Positions 49,532-56,609 of a DNA stretch of 64,000 nt are shown piece by piece. The stretch's first letter is position 1. Every line of letters begins with the position of its first letter. The translations under genes were made by a program, and so were the position numbers. The DNA is from a virus (lineage: Duplodnaviria; Heunggongvirae; Uroviricota; Caudoviricetes). Location of the stretch: positions 23,418 to 87,417 of the IMG/VR virus record IMGVR_UViG_3300040801_002879. One strand, given 5' to 3'. The notes beneath the pieces are model-generated. The model was given only the letters and a program-made list of their open reading frames with translations. It had not been told where the DNA came from and searched no databases.

Positions 49532-49848
49532 TATATCCTTCCTCTCATGTACTTAGTAATATCTCGAAAGCCTACACCAATAACCTCAGACCAATCACCA
49601 TCATCGAGATTTTCCACCACATCCCCAATAGACATAGAGGTATGGTCCAACTGGAAGTCTCGGATAGCCTGCCTAGCTTCGCCATTAGGCGACCATATTT
49701 CCCCCTGCATTTGGACAAACACATCTTCCAAGTTCTCTGCCTCTAGGCGCATGATAGGTACATAGCAATTGGTAAAGTCCTCAAGAGCCTGTTCTGTATC
49801 TTGAATATAGTTCCTCTTATACCATACCTGATAATTAGGCATATGCAA
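49531..49848 (-). CDS. Hypothetical protein
   Basis: It is 105 aa. Confidence 0.5.
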   Translation of the reverse strand: MHMPNYQVWYKRNYIQDTEQALEDFTNCYVPIMRLEAENLEDVFVQMQGEIWSPNGEARQAIRDFQLDHTSMSIGDVVENLDDGDWSEVIGVGFRDITKYMRGRI

Positions 49849-50215
49849 ACATCCTTTCTAACTGTTCTGGAATATCGTAAAAATTGCAGTACTGATTCCT
49901 ACCCCCTGTATAATCCTTCTCATGTTCCGCAGTGCGAATGAGCAAGCGTTCAAACCATGAGTCCTGCCAGTAGCGCACATCTGAGATAGAGATATACACC
50001 CAACGGTCAAGGCTTTCATTGTACAGGAAACCAGAGGTTGTAAACCAGTTACCCTTCCAGCCTGTTTTCAACTCCCAACCTGTGCCTTTGAGCATACGTT
50101 TAAGGTCTGAACGTGTGTCTCGAATAAACTGAGCAAACGCATCAGACCGATTTTCGTGGGTTGTAGACCAACCCCTGTTATTGAAGTCGTAACCTACCCA
50201 TTTGCGTGCTTTCAT
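49835..50215 (-). CDS. Hypothetical protein
   Basis: It is 126 aa and is the first gene behind the TTGACA/TACAAT promoter near 50243-50275. Confidence 0.5.
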   Translation of the reverse strand: MKARKWVGYDFNNRGWSTTHENRSDAFAQFIRDTRSDLKRMLKGTGWELKTGWKGNWFTTSGFLYNESLDRWVYISISDVRYWQDSWFERLLIRTAEHEKDYTGGRNQYCNFYDIPEQLERMFAYA

Positions 50216-50304
50216 CTGTTATCTCCTATTGTCTCGTGACTTGACTGTAATAATTGTACCACATGCCAGCAGGTTGTCAAGGGTCAAATCTCGAATTGCT
50301 GCAC

Positions 50305-50430
50305 CAGTTCCCGCGAAATTTATCTTGATTTCGTATAGTTATTCCCGCGAAAATAAGGGTTTCGTATAGACAAAATATGTGCCATTTCGTATAGCCTAGC
50401 CCAGGAATTTGGGAGCATTTCGTATAGCCA
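50305..50430 (-). repeat. Iteron-like array: four CTATACGAAA words, two of them followed at N7-10 by TTTCGCGGGAA
   Basis: On the + strand, tttcgtatag is at 50329, 50360, 50385 and 50418, and ttcccgcgaaa is at 50308 and 50342. All copies share one orientation. Confidence 0.65.
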
Positions 50431-50461
50431 AACGAAGGGGGAGCTCCGCAAATCGGACTAT

Positions 50462-50653
50462 TTAGGTCCGATAAGGGGAGTTTTCAACCCAACAAAACCA
50501 TGAGAAGGGTGAGGTACGCATCCACCGCCCTGGGTTGAGTTTAGCTATTGCTCGCATGGTCTCAGGGTCTTGGTAGTTCTTATCAAGAACCACGAGCAAA
50601 GCATCTTCATCAATAACCTCAGCAGGTCTGTCACCATAATCAATTAGAAACAT
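50462..50653 (-). CDS. Hypothetical protein. Start adjusted to MFLIDYG.
   Basis: The ATG overlaps the upstream stop in ATGTTTCTAATTGA, consistent with translational coupling. Confidence 0.45.
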   Translation of the reverse strand: MFLIDYGDRPAEVIDEDALLVVLDKNYQDPETMRAIAKLNPGRWMRTSPFSWFCWVENSPYRT

Positions 50654-50834
50654 TTTGCTCCAATCTTTCAATGCGTTCTTTAGCAAGCTTTTTAACTGCG
50701 ATACCTCGTGCAATTGTCTTTCCCTCGTTGACAGCGTTAATGGTGTCAATCAATTCTTGCCAAGCCTCAATAGCTTGTTTGGTAAATCCAGCTCTTTCAT
50801 ATACAAGTGCGGTGTCTAATAATTCTAAAAACAT
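50640..50834 (-). CDS. Hypothetical protein. Start adjusted to MFLELLD, which has a GGAGGA RBS.
   Basis: The Shine-Dalgarno is 7 nt upstream of the internal ATG, and a TATAAT lies about 25 nt further upstream. Confidence 0.45.
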   Translation of the reverse strand: MFLELLDTALVYERAGFTKQAIEAWQELIDTINAVNEGKTIARGIAVKKLAKERIERLEQNVSN

Positions 50835-50888
50835 GTGTTCCTCCATTTCTAAATAGATTATACTTGAATTTCCCCCTATTGTCAAGTA

Positions 50889-51728
50889 CTAATCCCAAGT
50901 AATTCCTAAGATATAGTCGGATGCCTTTTGTGCCAATGATGCGCCTGTGAGTAACATCTGGCGGTCATTCTTGAGCACCTTTAGCCAGTGCTGAATGTAG
51001 GCGGTTGACTGCTGGATGGTATTGTCAATCCCTGCCTCAGCACATAAGAAAGCTGATGTAAATTCTGCCACCAATTCCTCAAGGCTGTACTTCTCATCCC
51101 CGAAAGTATTTTCGATTTTCCGATTGAGACGATTTTCTGCACCAGTGGAGTGTGCTAACTCGTGGAACAGCGCAGAATAAAAGTTGTCGGGAGAATTAAA
51201 ATCTTCTTTCAAAGGCATATGCACCTTATCAGTCGAAGGACTATAGCGAGCACTAATGCCACCAAATTCGATTACAGGAGCATTAGGCATACCCTGTACA
51301 ATCTCTTCTGCTCTCTCAACTGGTTCAAACTCTTCTGCTTTTGGCAAAGACTCGATAATCTCTTCTGCTTCATCAAGCTGTGAAATGGACCAAACCTTGT
51401 AGTAGCGCAACAATGGGAATTTATCACCTGTCTTTTCGCCAGCGTCATCTTTCTTGTCAATCCATTTAAAAAATGCGATATACTGAGGACTTTCACCCTT
51501 GCCAATGCGATACCCATGTTTCTTGATACTCTTGGCGGTAATCCAACGATTGACCCAACCCTCAACGTCTGCGGTATAAGATAATGTAAGCTGGTTCAAG
51601 CCACGATATACTTTGTTACTATCGTGATTGACTGCCCCGCTTGACCATGGCTGATGCCAAGGCAAATCACCCTTTTCCAAACCCTCAATAATCTTTCTGG
51701 TTACAATCTCTCTAATGTCTAATCCCAT
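50889..51728 (-). CDS. ardC: ArdC-like anti-restriction protein (N-terminal ssDNA-binding domain plus C-terminal HExxH metallopeptidase-like domain)
   Basis: The N-terminus (REIVTRKIIEGLEKGDLPWHQPW...YRGLNQLTL) matches the ArdC-N pattern. The C-terminal FHELAHSTGAENRLNRK matches the ArdC zincin motif. Confidence 0.7.
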   Translation of the reverse strand: MGLDIREIVTRKIIEGLEKGDLPWHQPWSSGAVNHDSNKVYRGLNQLTLSYTADVEGWVNRWITAKSIKKHGYRIGKGESPQYIAFFKWIDKKDDAGEKTGDKFPLLRYYKVWSISQLDEAEEIIESLPKAEEFEPVERAEEIVQGMPNAPVIEFGGISARYSPSTDKVHMPLKEDFNSPDNFYSALFHELAHSTGAENRLNRKIENTFGDEKYSLEELVAEFTSAFLCAEAGIDNTIQQSTAYIQHWLKVLKNDRQMLLTGASLAQKASDYILGITWD

Positions 51729-51763
51729 GATTTCTCCTGTTCACTTGTTTGTTAACTGTCTAT

Positions 51764-51834
51764 ATTATACCATTTTTCCGCCACCTGTCAAGCACTTTCA
51801 GAGATTGTTAACCTGTTGTTAACAAAAGAACTCC
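51764..51834 (-). promoter_or_regulatory. Promoter cassette upstream of ardC (GTTAACAACAGGTTAACAAT, then TTGACA-17-TATAAT, then leader TATAATATAGACAGTTAAC)
   Basis: The -35 is at 51787-92 and the -10 at 51764-69. Confidence 0.7.
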
Positions 51835-51885
51835 ACAAATCAGACCTTAATTGTCCAATTTGTGGAGCTCCGCACTTCGTATAGT

Positions 51886-52128
51886 CTACGAAGGCGGTTT
51901 ATTCTTTTCTGCTTTTGCATCTAGTTCCTTTACCTCATCAGCATCCAAGACTATCCTAATATGACGCTCCATGTTTGCCAAGGGGTAAAGCTCAACTATC
52001 CTACTCCCATCCTCATAATTATGAGAGATAAGATAACACTGGTTTTCTGTGTCAAATCCCCACCCATCAGTGTTGACATCCAAATTCTGCACTAAACTTG
52101 TGGTAGGTCTGAATTGAATTGAAGCCAT
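51886..52128 (-). CDS. Hypothetical protein
   Basis: It is 80 aa. It is followed by a hairpin plus T-run built from a GGAGCTCC element. Confidence 0.45.
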   Translation of the reverse strand: MASIQFRPTTSLVQNLDVNTDGWGFDTENQCYLISHNYEDGSRIVELYPLANMERHIRIVLDADEVKELDAKAEKNKPPS

Positions 52129-52267
52129 AATTTTCCTTTCACTAGTGAATAAGAGCTTGTCTTTGGTTCCGATAAGCGTGGGAGTTCATCACCCGTTGTT
52201 TCAAAGGACTTTCACCTTGCCTACGGTGGGATTTTAACCCTTAGTCCCAAAGTCTCCAAGCTCTCAG

Positions 52268-52340
52268 TACCCCTAGAAGGACTCGAACCCTCATTTCCTG
52301 TTTAGAAGACAGGTGCTCTATTCCATTGAGCTATAGGGGC
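52268..52340 (-). tRNA. tRNA-Arg (anticodon UCU)
   Basis: The acceptor is GCCCCTA/TAGGGGT with discriminator A. The D-arm is GCTC...GAGC. The anticodon stem CCTGT/ACAGG is perfect, with loop CTTCTAA. The T-arm is GAGGGTTCGAGTCCTTC. Confidence 0.75.
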
Positions 52341-52429
52341 AAATATCGGGCTGACAGTCCTCCGCAGTTAACTCTAATCGGTAGGTCACTTACGCTCTGC
52401 TTCTTTTAGAAAGACCCGATGTTCTCACG

Positions 52430-52684
52430 CTAGATTGTTGAAAACCGAAATTCTGCTGGCACGCCAACAAGTGAAGAAGGAACACTCACATTGTTCTCAG
52501 GATTGTCCTTGTCCAGATGCAACCAGATAAATCCTGTGCGGTCTGTAACTGTCACAAACGCTGTCTTGTCGTCATAATAGAAGTCTGACCCCGCCACTGA
52601 TTTTGTGGTGTGGCAATCTGTACCCACAAGTTCATTCACTTCACCGTCATATTTTTCAATCGCCAAAAAATAAAATTCATTCAT
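52430..52684 (-). CDS. Hypothetical protein
   Basis: It is 84 aa. Confidence 0.45.
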   Translation of the reverse strand: MNEFYFLAIEKYDGEVNELVGTDCHTTKSVAGSDFYYDDKTAFVTVTDRTGFIWLHLDKDNPENNVSVPSSLVGVPAEFRFSTI

Positions 52685-52743
52685 TTCGCTACTCCTTGTC
52701 TAAATTTGGACTAAATATATTCTACCATAAACCTTACTACTTG

Positions 52744-52944
52744 TCAAGCATAAATTTCAAAGTCATCATTCACTTCATAAAGGTCTGTAATCTCTGCAAG
52801 GGACACATCCTCAAGCATTTCCCATTCTGCCTCGCCTTTAGTTTCATTCTGGCTAGCAATCCTGCGTGCTTCCTCGATGCTATCCGCATCAATAATTGTT
52901 TCCCCTGAGTGTGGTACTGAATAACCTACGTAAAATTTAGCCAT
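52744..52944 (-). CDS. Hypothetical acidic protein
   Basis: It is 66 aa. Confidence 0.45.
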   Translation of the reverse strand: MAKFYVGYSVPHSGETIIDADSIEEARRIASQNETKGEAEWEMLEDVSLAEITDLYEVNDDFEIYA

Positions 52945-53161
52945 TTCTATCTCTCCTTGGTATTCTCTCGATATATTGTTCGATTTTCACTGTGTGCATC
53001 CGACCATCAGCCTTGCGCTCTTTGGTAAGGTGAAAGTTACTTCGCCATGCGTGCCCCTGCTCGCACCACGATACACCTTGGGGACAACGCTCTCTCGAAT
53101 AGACTTCCCCGCCACACTCAGGACAGTGCTCGGTGTCTACATAAATCCTCTCGATTGTCAT
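52937..53161 (-). CDS. Zinc-ribbon protein
   Basis: It carries CPECGG...CPQG..C motifs. Confidence 0.45.
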   Translation of the reverse strand: MTIERIYVDTEHCPECGGEVYSRERCPQGVSWCEQGHAWRSNFHLTKERKADGRMHTVKIEQYIERIPRRDRNG

Positions 53162-53295
53162 TCTTCATCCTCTCTCGCTACGAGCAGAACTTGATTACAG
53201 TCCTCACACTCAACGCATACCTCACCAATCAACTCATAATGAGTTATCACAATCTTGTGACCAACATGCTCAATTAAGATTTCCCAATCATTCAT
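53158..53295 (-). CDS. Small Cys-containing protein. Start adjusted to MNDWEIL.
   Basis: The longer ORF overlaps the upstream gene by 83 nt. The internal ATG abuts the upstream stop. Confidence 0.4.
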   Translation of the reverse strand: MNDWEILIEHVGHKIVITHYELIGEVCVECEDCNQVLLVAREDEE

Positions 53296-53296
53296 T

Positions 53297-53509
53297 TTAA
53301 TATTCCTCCATTGAACCACAACCGAACCTGCCTTCTGCCCTGTCAGCGCACCTGTCGCACTGGTAGCCGAGCTTGACATCCTTAGCGGTCAACTGGTTTT
53401 CTCGACCACATGTAGGACAAGGATACTCACGCTTGCCAGCACGTAAAGCGGAGCGACCCCAAGGGTTTGCAAATTCACTTCTATCTTCGTAACCGTAACC
53501 GTAACCCAT
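53297..53509 (-). CDS. Zinc-ribbon protein
   Basis: It carries CPTCGRE...CDRC motifs and is the first gene behind the promoter cassette at 53544-53606. Confidence 0.5.
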   Translation of the reverse strand: MGYGYGYEDRSEFANPWGRSALRAGKREYPCPTCGRENQLTAKDVKLGYQCDRCADRAEGRFGCGSMEEY

Positions 53510-53543
53510 TTTGTATCTCCTTTGTTGTTTCTTGACTGTCTAT

Positions 53544-53606
53544 ATTATAGGATATTCCAGCGAGAAAGTCAAGGGTGAATTTGGATTGTTAACCTGTTGT
53601 TAAACT
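53544..53606 (-). promoter_or_regulatory. Promoter cassette (GTTTAACAACAGGTTAACAAT, then TTGACT-17-TATAAT, then leader TATAATATAGACAGTCAAG)
   Basis: The -35 is at 53567-72 and the -10 at 53544-49. Confidence 0.7.
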
Positions 53607-53681
53607 AGGACAAATAAGACCAGGATTGTCGCATTTGCGGAGCTCCATTTCGGACTATTTAGGTCCGAATTGGAATATTAT

Positions 53682-53996
53682 TTATCCGATTGCTACCACC
53701 CTATACCAAACATCGTCAATCTTTCTAAGTTTATCACTGCGGAAGTCTGCAATTAAGTTCTGCAAGTCTCCGAGCTCGTAAGGCTCAGGCAGGGACTCGA
53801 CCAGACGCTTAGCATCAACCAGCCCAACCGCCCCATCTAAGGCAAAGCGTACAAATTTTATAGCCCCAATTTTGGTAAAAGTGTCATTCTTATTAAATTC
53901 CATATTTCGTGTAGTATTCATTAAAACCTCTTTCCTGTAGTAGTTAGGGACCCAATCCAACCGATAAGCACAAATATAAGTAGAAAGCCTATACAA
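53682..53996 (-). CDS. Hypothetical protein (TTG start in the ORF track)
   Basis: It is 104 aa. Confidence 0.4.
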   Translation of the reverse strand: MYRLSTYICAYRLDWVPNYYRKEVLMNTTRNMEFNKNDTFTKIGAIKFVRFALDGAVGLVDAKRLVESLPEPYELGDLQNLIADFRSDKLRKIDDVWYRVVAIG

Positions 53997-54004
53997 ACCA
54001 TATA

Positions 54005-54685
54005 CTAGCCCCCCTTTGCTGGTTGCGTACCGTGAATTGTCAGAGCAAATGACTCACCATTTCGAATGTGGTCAAAATCATCGGAAGGCTCATCAATGCA
54101 GGCAGGCGTAAGACCCATAGCCAGAGCATCCTCAACCGTTTCCACGACCTTAACCGCTGGTTCATCAGTCACCATGTTATCGAATACCCCACCGTATGAA
54201 TAAACAAGGCTCATATTTTCAGGCATATCCATTGACACGTAAGGCAACATTTTCGTATAGCCAAAGAAAATAATATCGGGGTTCATTTTAGCAACCTCGA
54301 CCCAAGCCAGAAAATAAGCTTTAGAGTAGAAGTCACCGCTGGCGTGTATACGTACAACCTCAACACGTGCAGGGATGTTATCGCTTATAAGCGTAGCCAT
54401 ATCTTGAATGGACAGACCCTGTAAAGCATCGAAGTTATCCCAATGATTAGAGCGTGCCGAAGGACTGAAAGCCTCAATGCTCGCGGCATAGCATCGGAAT
54501 TGGCAGTCTTTCCCATCTGTGATTTTACCAGTTTCTCGATTGGCAGTGGACTTGCAAATTTTAGCCGCTGGACATGTGTGACCCGCAGGCAGGTCAAACC
54601 CAACCACGTGTGTTTTAGGAATACCTAAATAATCGCCTAGCTCACGAAGTTTACGATTATTCTTAGAAAAATGAAGTGTGCTCAT
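54005..54685 (-). CDS. Hypothetical Cys-cluster protein
   Basis: It is 226 aa with GHTCPAAKICK...CQFRCYA motifs, and is the first gene behind the promoter cassette at 54720-54791. Confidence 0.55.
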   Translation of the reverse strand: MSTLHFSKNNRKLRELGDYLGIPKTHVVGFDLPAGHTCPAAKICKSTANRETGKITDGKDCQFRCYAASIEAFSPSARSNHWDNFDALQGLSIQDMATLISDNIPARVEVVRIHASGDFYSKAYFLAWVEVAKMNPDIIFFGYTKMLPYVSMDMPENMSLVYSYGGVFDNMVTDEPAVKVVETVEDALAMGLTPACIDEPSDDFDHIRNGESFALTIHGTQPAKGG

Positions 54686-54719
54686 TAGTGCCTTTCTTGA
54701 CTAGTTGATTGTAAGTACT

Positions 54720-54791
54720 ATTATACTATCTCACCGCCAGAAGTCAAGGGTAAAAAGCACCAATTTTCCATCGTTAACAATCTGTTAACAT
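54720..54791 (-). promoter_or_regulatory. Promoter cassette (ATGTTAACAGATTGTTAACG, then TTGACT-16-TATAAT)
   Basis: The -35 is at 54742-47 and the -10 at 54720-25. Confidence 0.65.
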
Positions 54792-54903
54792 TCCCCCGTT
54801 AATTCGTATAGTCTAGCCCCCAGGAATTAGGACAAATAGGACCAACTTTGTCCGATTTGCGGAGCTCCACATTTTTATTAACCTGTTGTTAACATTCCAA
54901 GCC

Positions 54904-54931
54904 TTGACAAGCCACGAGAAAAGAGTATAAT
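54904..54931 (+). promoter_or_regulatory. Sigma70-type promoter TTGACA-16-TATAAT for the gene at 54962
   Basis: The hexamers are consensus and are followed by the conserved TATAATATAGATAGTCAAC leader. Confidence 0.7.
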
Positions 54932-54961
54932 ATAGATAGTCAACAATAAAGGAGTTTTGAA

Positions 54962-55165
54962 ATGACAGAACGATGGGTAGAATCTGGTAAATTAGTTTTT
55001 CATGGTGGACAGTGGGTTTACTGCTTCACCACCTATGCAGGAGCAAAGGCTCATGCTAACCTAATGAACGCCTGTTCTTATAAATTTGAATATCGAGTGG
55101 AAAAAATAGACAATTTTTATTTCATTGGTATATATGATGAAGGAAGTTTCTGGACATACCACTAA
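54962..55165 (+). CDS. Hypothetical small protein (+ strand island)
   Basis: It is 67 aa, with its own TTGACA-16-TATAAT promoter, a conserved leader and AAGGAG. Confidence 0.55.
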   Translation: MTERWVESGKLVFHGGQWVYCFTTYAGAKAHANLMNACSYKFEYRVEKIDNFYFIGIYDEGSFWTYH

Positions 55166-55258
55166 TAAATACTCCTAATTGGACCTAATTAGTCCAGTTA
55201 CGGAGCTCCGCAATTCAGACTATTTGGGTCCAAATTGGGAGATTTTCAGGGGGTTTTC

Positions 55259-55435
55259 ACACTTCTTCACGCATTTTTCGCTTTCTTTCACGCTGTTTCT
55301 TGCGCTTAATTTCCTCTGCACGCTCACGCTGTAGGCGTTCAATCAGGAAGACGGACTTGCTCCCAACCGTCATACCGTTCCGTTGTTTGTTGCGTTTCTT
55401 GTCACGCCTGCGCTGTTTATCAATCTGGTAAGCCA
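55259..55435 (-). CDS. Highly basic protein of 58 aa (below the ORF-track cutoff): MAYQIDKQRRRDKKRNKQRNG...
   Basis: I translated it by eye. About 45% of residues are Lys/Arg. It has a GGAGAGGATTAAAATG RBS. Confidence 0.4.
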
Positions 55436-55437
55436 TT

Positions 55438-55659
55438 TTAATCCTCTCCTATAGGATAATAATTGTGTTGTTCAAAATCAAAAATATATGTTACTGGTTT
55501 GTCAACTTCCACGACCCGCCACTCATCTACACCCATCCAACGAGAAAATAAATCTCTCGCATAAGCTTCTGCCTCTTTCTCTGTGGCAAAGACTAAAGCG
55601 TTAGTATAGAATTTTTGTCCACCGATTTCCTTAAATTCTGCTTGAAAAGCCATGTTCAA
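55438..55659 (-). CDS. Hypothetical protein
   Basis: It is 73 aa. Confidence 0.45.
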   Translation of the reverse strand: MNMAFQAEFKEIGGQKFYTNALVFATEKEAEAYARDLFSRWMGVDEWRVVEVDKPVTYIFDFEQHNYYPIGED

Positions 55660-55698
55660 CTCCTTGTTGACTAATGTATAATAATCTTACCATGTCAC

Positions 55699-55884
55699 TT
55701 AGGAATTGTCAAGGGGCAATTTATAATCATCATCATCGGGCATAATTACGTCAACCAATTCCCAATCAGGGAACTTTTGACCCGCGAAATTTTTAAGGTC
55801 ATTTCGTGTAGTATTTTCGGGCACATCTACTGCAATCTCTTTAAATTTAGTCTTAGCTAAAATTACTCTAATTCGTATAGTCAT
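55699..55884 (-). CDS. Hypothetical protein; its start lies inside a duplicated AAGGAGCTCCGATGACTATACGAA module
   Basis: It is 61 aa, beginning MTIRIRV. Confidence 0.45.
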   Translation of the reverse strand: MTIRIRVILAKTKFKEIAVDVPENTTRNDLKNFAGQKFPDWELVDVIMPDDDDYKLPLDNS

Positions 55885-56008
55885 CGGAGCTCCTTTCGTA
55901 TAGTCATAGAGAGCTTGGTCTATGAAGCAAAGTCAGGAATCTCACCTAGTCGTGGACTGTAACCCATTAGCACTAGCGTGCCCGCATACATAGAACCAAG
56001 CCCTCTTA

Positions 56009-56089
56009 GTGGAGCCCGCAGGAGTCGAACCTGCTTCTCACCTAAGTACGTCTACCTAGGGTGCACCCTGCTGATTAAGAGTCGAGCCC
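56009..56089 (-). ncRNA. tRNA-like domain RNA with alanine identity elements and no anticodon arm (resembles a tmRNA tRNA-like domain)
   Basis: The acceptor is GGGGCTC/GGGCTCC with a G3.U70 wobble and discriminator A73. The T-arm GCAGG-TTCGACT-CCTGC is perfect. The 5' part GGGGCTCGACTC...AGCAGGG resembles the tmRNA 5' end. A sigma70 promoter lies about 100 nt upstream at 56197-56225. Confidence 0.45.
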
Positions 56090-56196
56090 CATAAATTATA
56101 TCCAGTGCCCGCCCACCGACACCGATGTTAGCCCGCCCATACACCTATTGGCTAACGCCCTCATCAACACAATCAAGGAGAAACATCACTATAAAG

Positions 56197-56225
56197 ATTA
56201 TAACACATATACTGATGTTTGTCAA
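56197..56225 (-). promoter_or_regulatory. Sigma70 promoter TTGACA-17-TATAAT driving the transcript that ends in the tRNA-like domain RNA
   Basis: The -35 is at 56220-25 and the -10 at 56197-202. No ORF lies downstream. Confidence 0.6.
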
Positions 56226-56232
56226 GTACTAA

Positions 56233-56305
56233 TTCGTGGCTGAGGATTTGAACCTCGTCTGCCTAACAGACCGCCCGCTTTTATTTTTATTCAAGCAACC
56301 ACGAA
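56233..56305 (-). ncRNA. tRNA-like element (non-canonical cloverleaf)
   Basis: A perfect 7-bp acceptor (TTCGTGG/CCACGAA), a T-loop GAGGTTCAAATCCTC and a hairpin GTCTG-TTAGG-CAGAC are present. The D-arm is A-rich and irregular. Confidence 0.35.
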
Positions 56306-56308
56306 ACG

Positions 56309-56366
56309 AGTCGTAGGGGGGATTTGAACCACACCATTCTCTAGTAGTCTTGTCCATTAGACGACT
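56309..56366 (-). ncRNA. Minimal tRNA-like element of 58 nt, related to the tRNA at 29179
   Basis: The acceptor AGTCGTC/TACGACT and T-loop GGTTCAAATCC are present. It shares AGTCGT...CCCCCC(N)ACGACT ends with the tRNA at 29179-29254. Confidence 0.3.
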
Positions 56367-56609
56367 ACAACTCTCAGTTATCTTGCGCTTGATAACTTTT
56401 CGTGGGAGAGCAGGGGTTTTCACCCTGATGCCTGTAGCCATCCCCTCTTACAGGCGTTCTCTCTCGGAGACTTCACTCATCTAACGAGACTTCTCACCCG
56501 AAAAATCATCAAACTAATGTTAAAGTTCTGGTGACTGTCAGTGTAAGCCGATTGCTATAATCTGATTACAAGTTTCCGACCTTTGCCGATTGCTTGCCTG
56601 TCACCTAAC
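56367..56609 (-). ncRNA. Promoter-driven structured non-coding RNA of about 240 nt, upstream of the tRNA-like elements
   Basis: A sigma70 promoter (-35 at 56639-44, -10 at 56617-22) sits upstream. No ORF longer than 35 aa is present. Several perfect hairpins are present (GCCTGTA..TACAGGC, GTTATC..GATAAC, CAGGG..CCCTG), plus a long-range GGTGACAG/CTGTCACC pairing and repeated GCAATCGGC and GAAGTCTC words. Confidence 0.45.

Noticed and set aside
56009-56089. The tRNA-like domain RNA as a complete tmRNA
   Set aside because: At about 81 nt it is far too short for pseudoknots or a tag ORF. The internal sequence would encode only Ala-Pro before two stops. I therefore describe it only as tmRNA-domain-like, not as a functional tmRNA.
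56229-56441. A 70-aa ORF inside the tRNA-like / non-coding RNA region
   Set aside because: It overlaps two tRNA-like elements with perfect acceptor stems, has no Shine-Dalgarno, and has an odd composition. The region is better explained as RNA genes.
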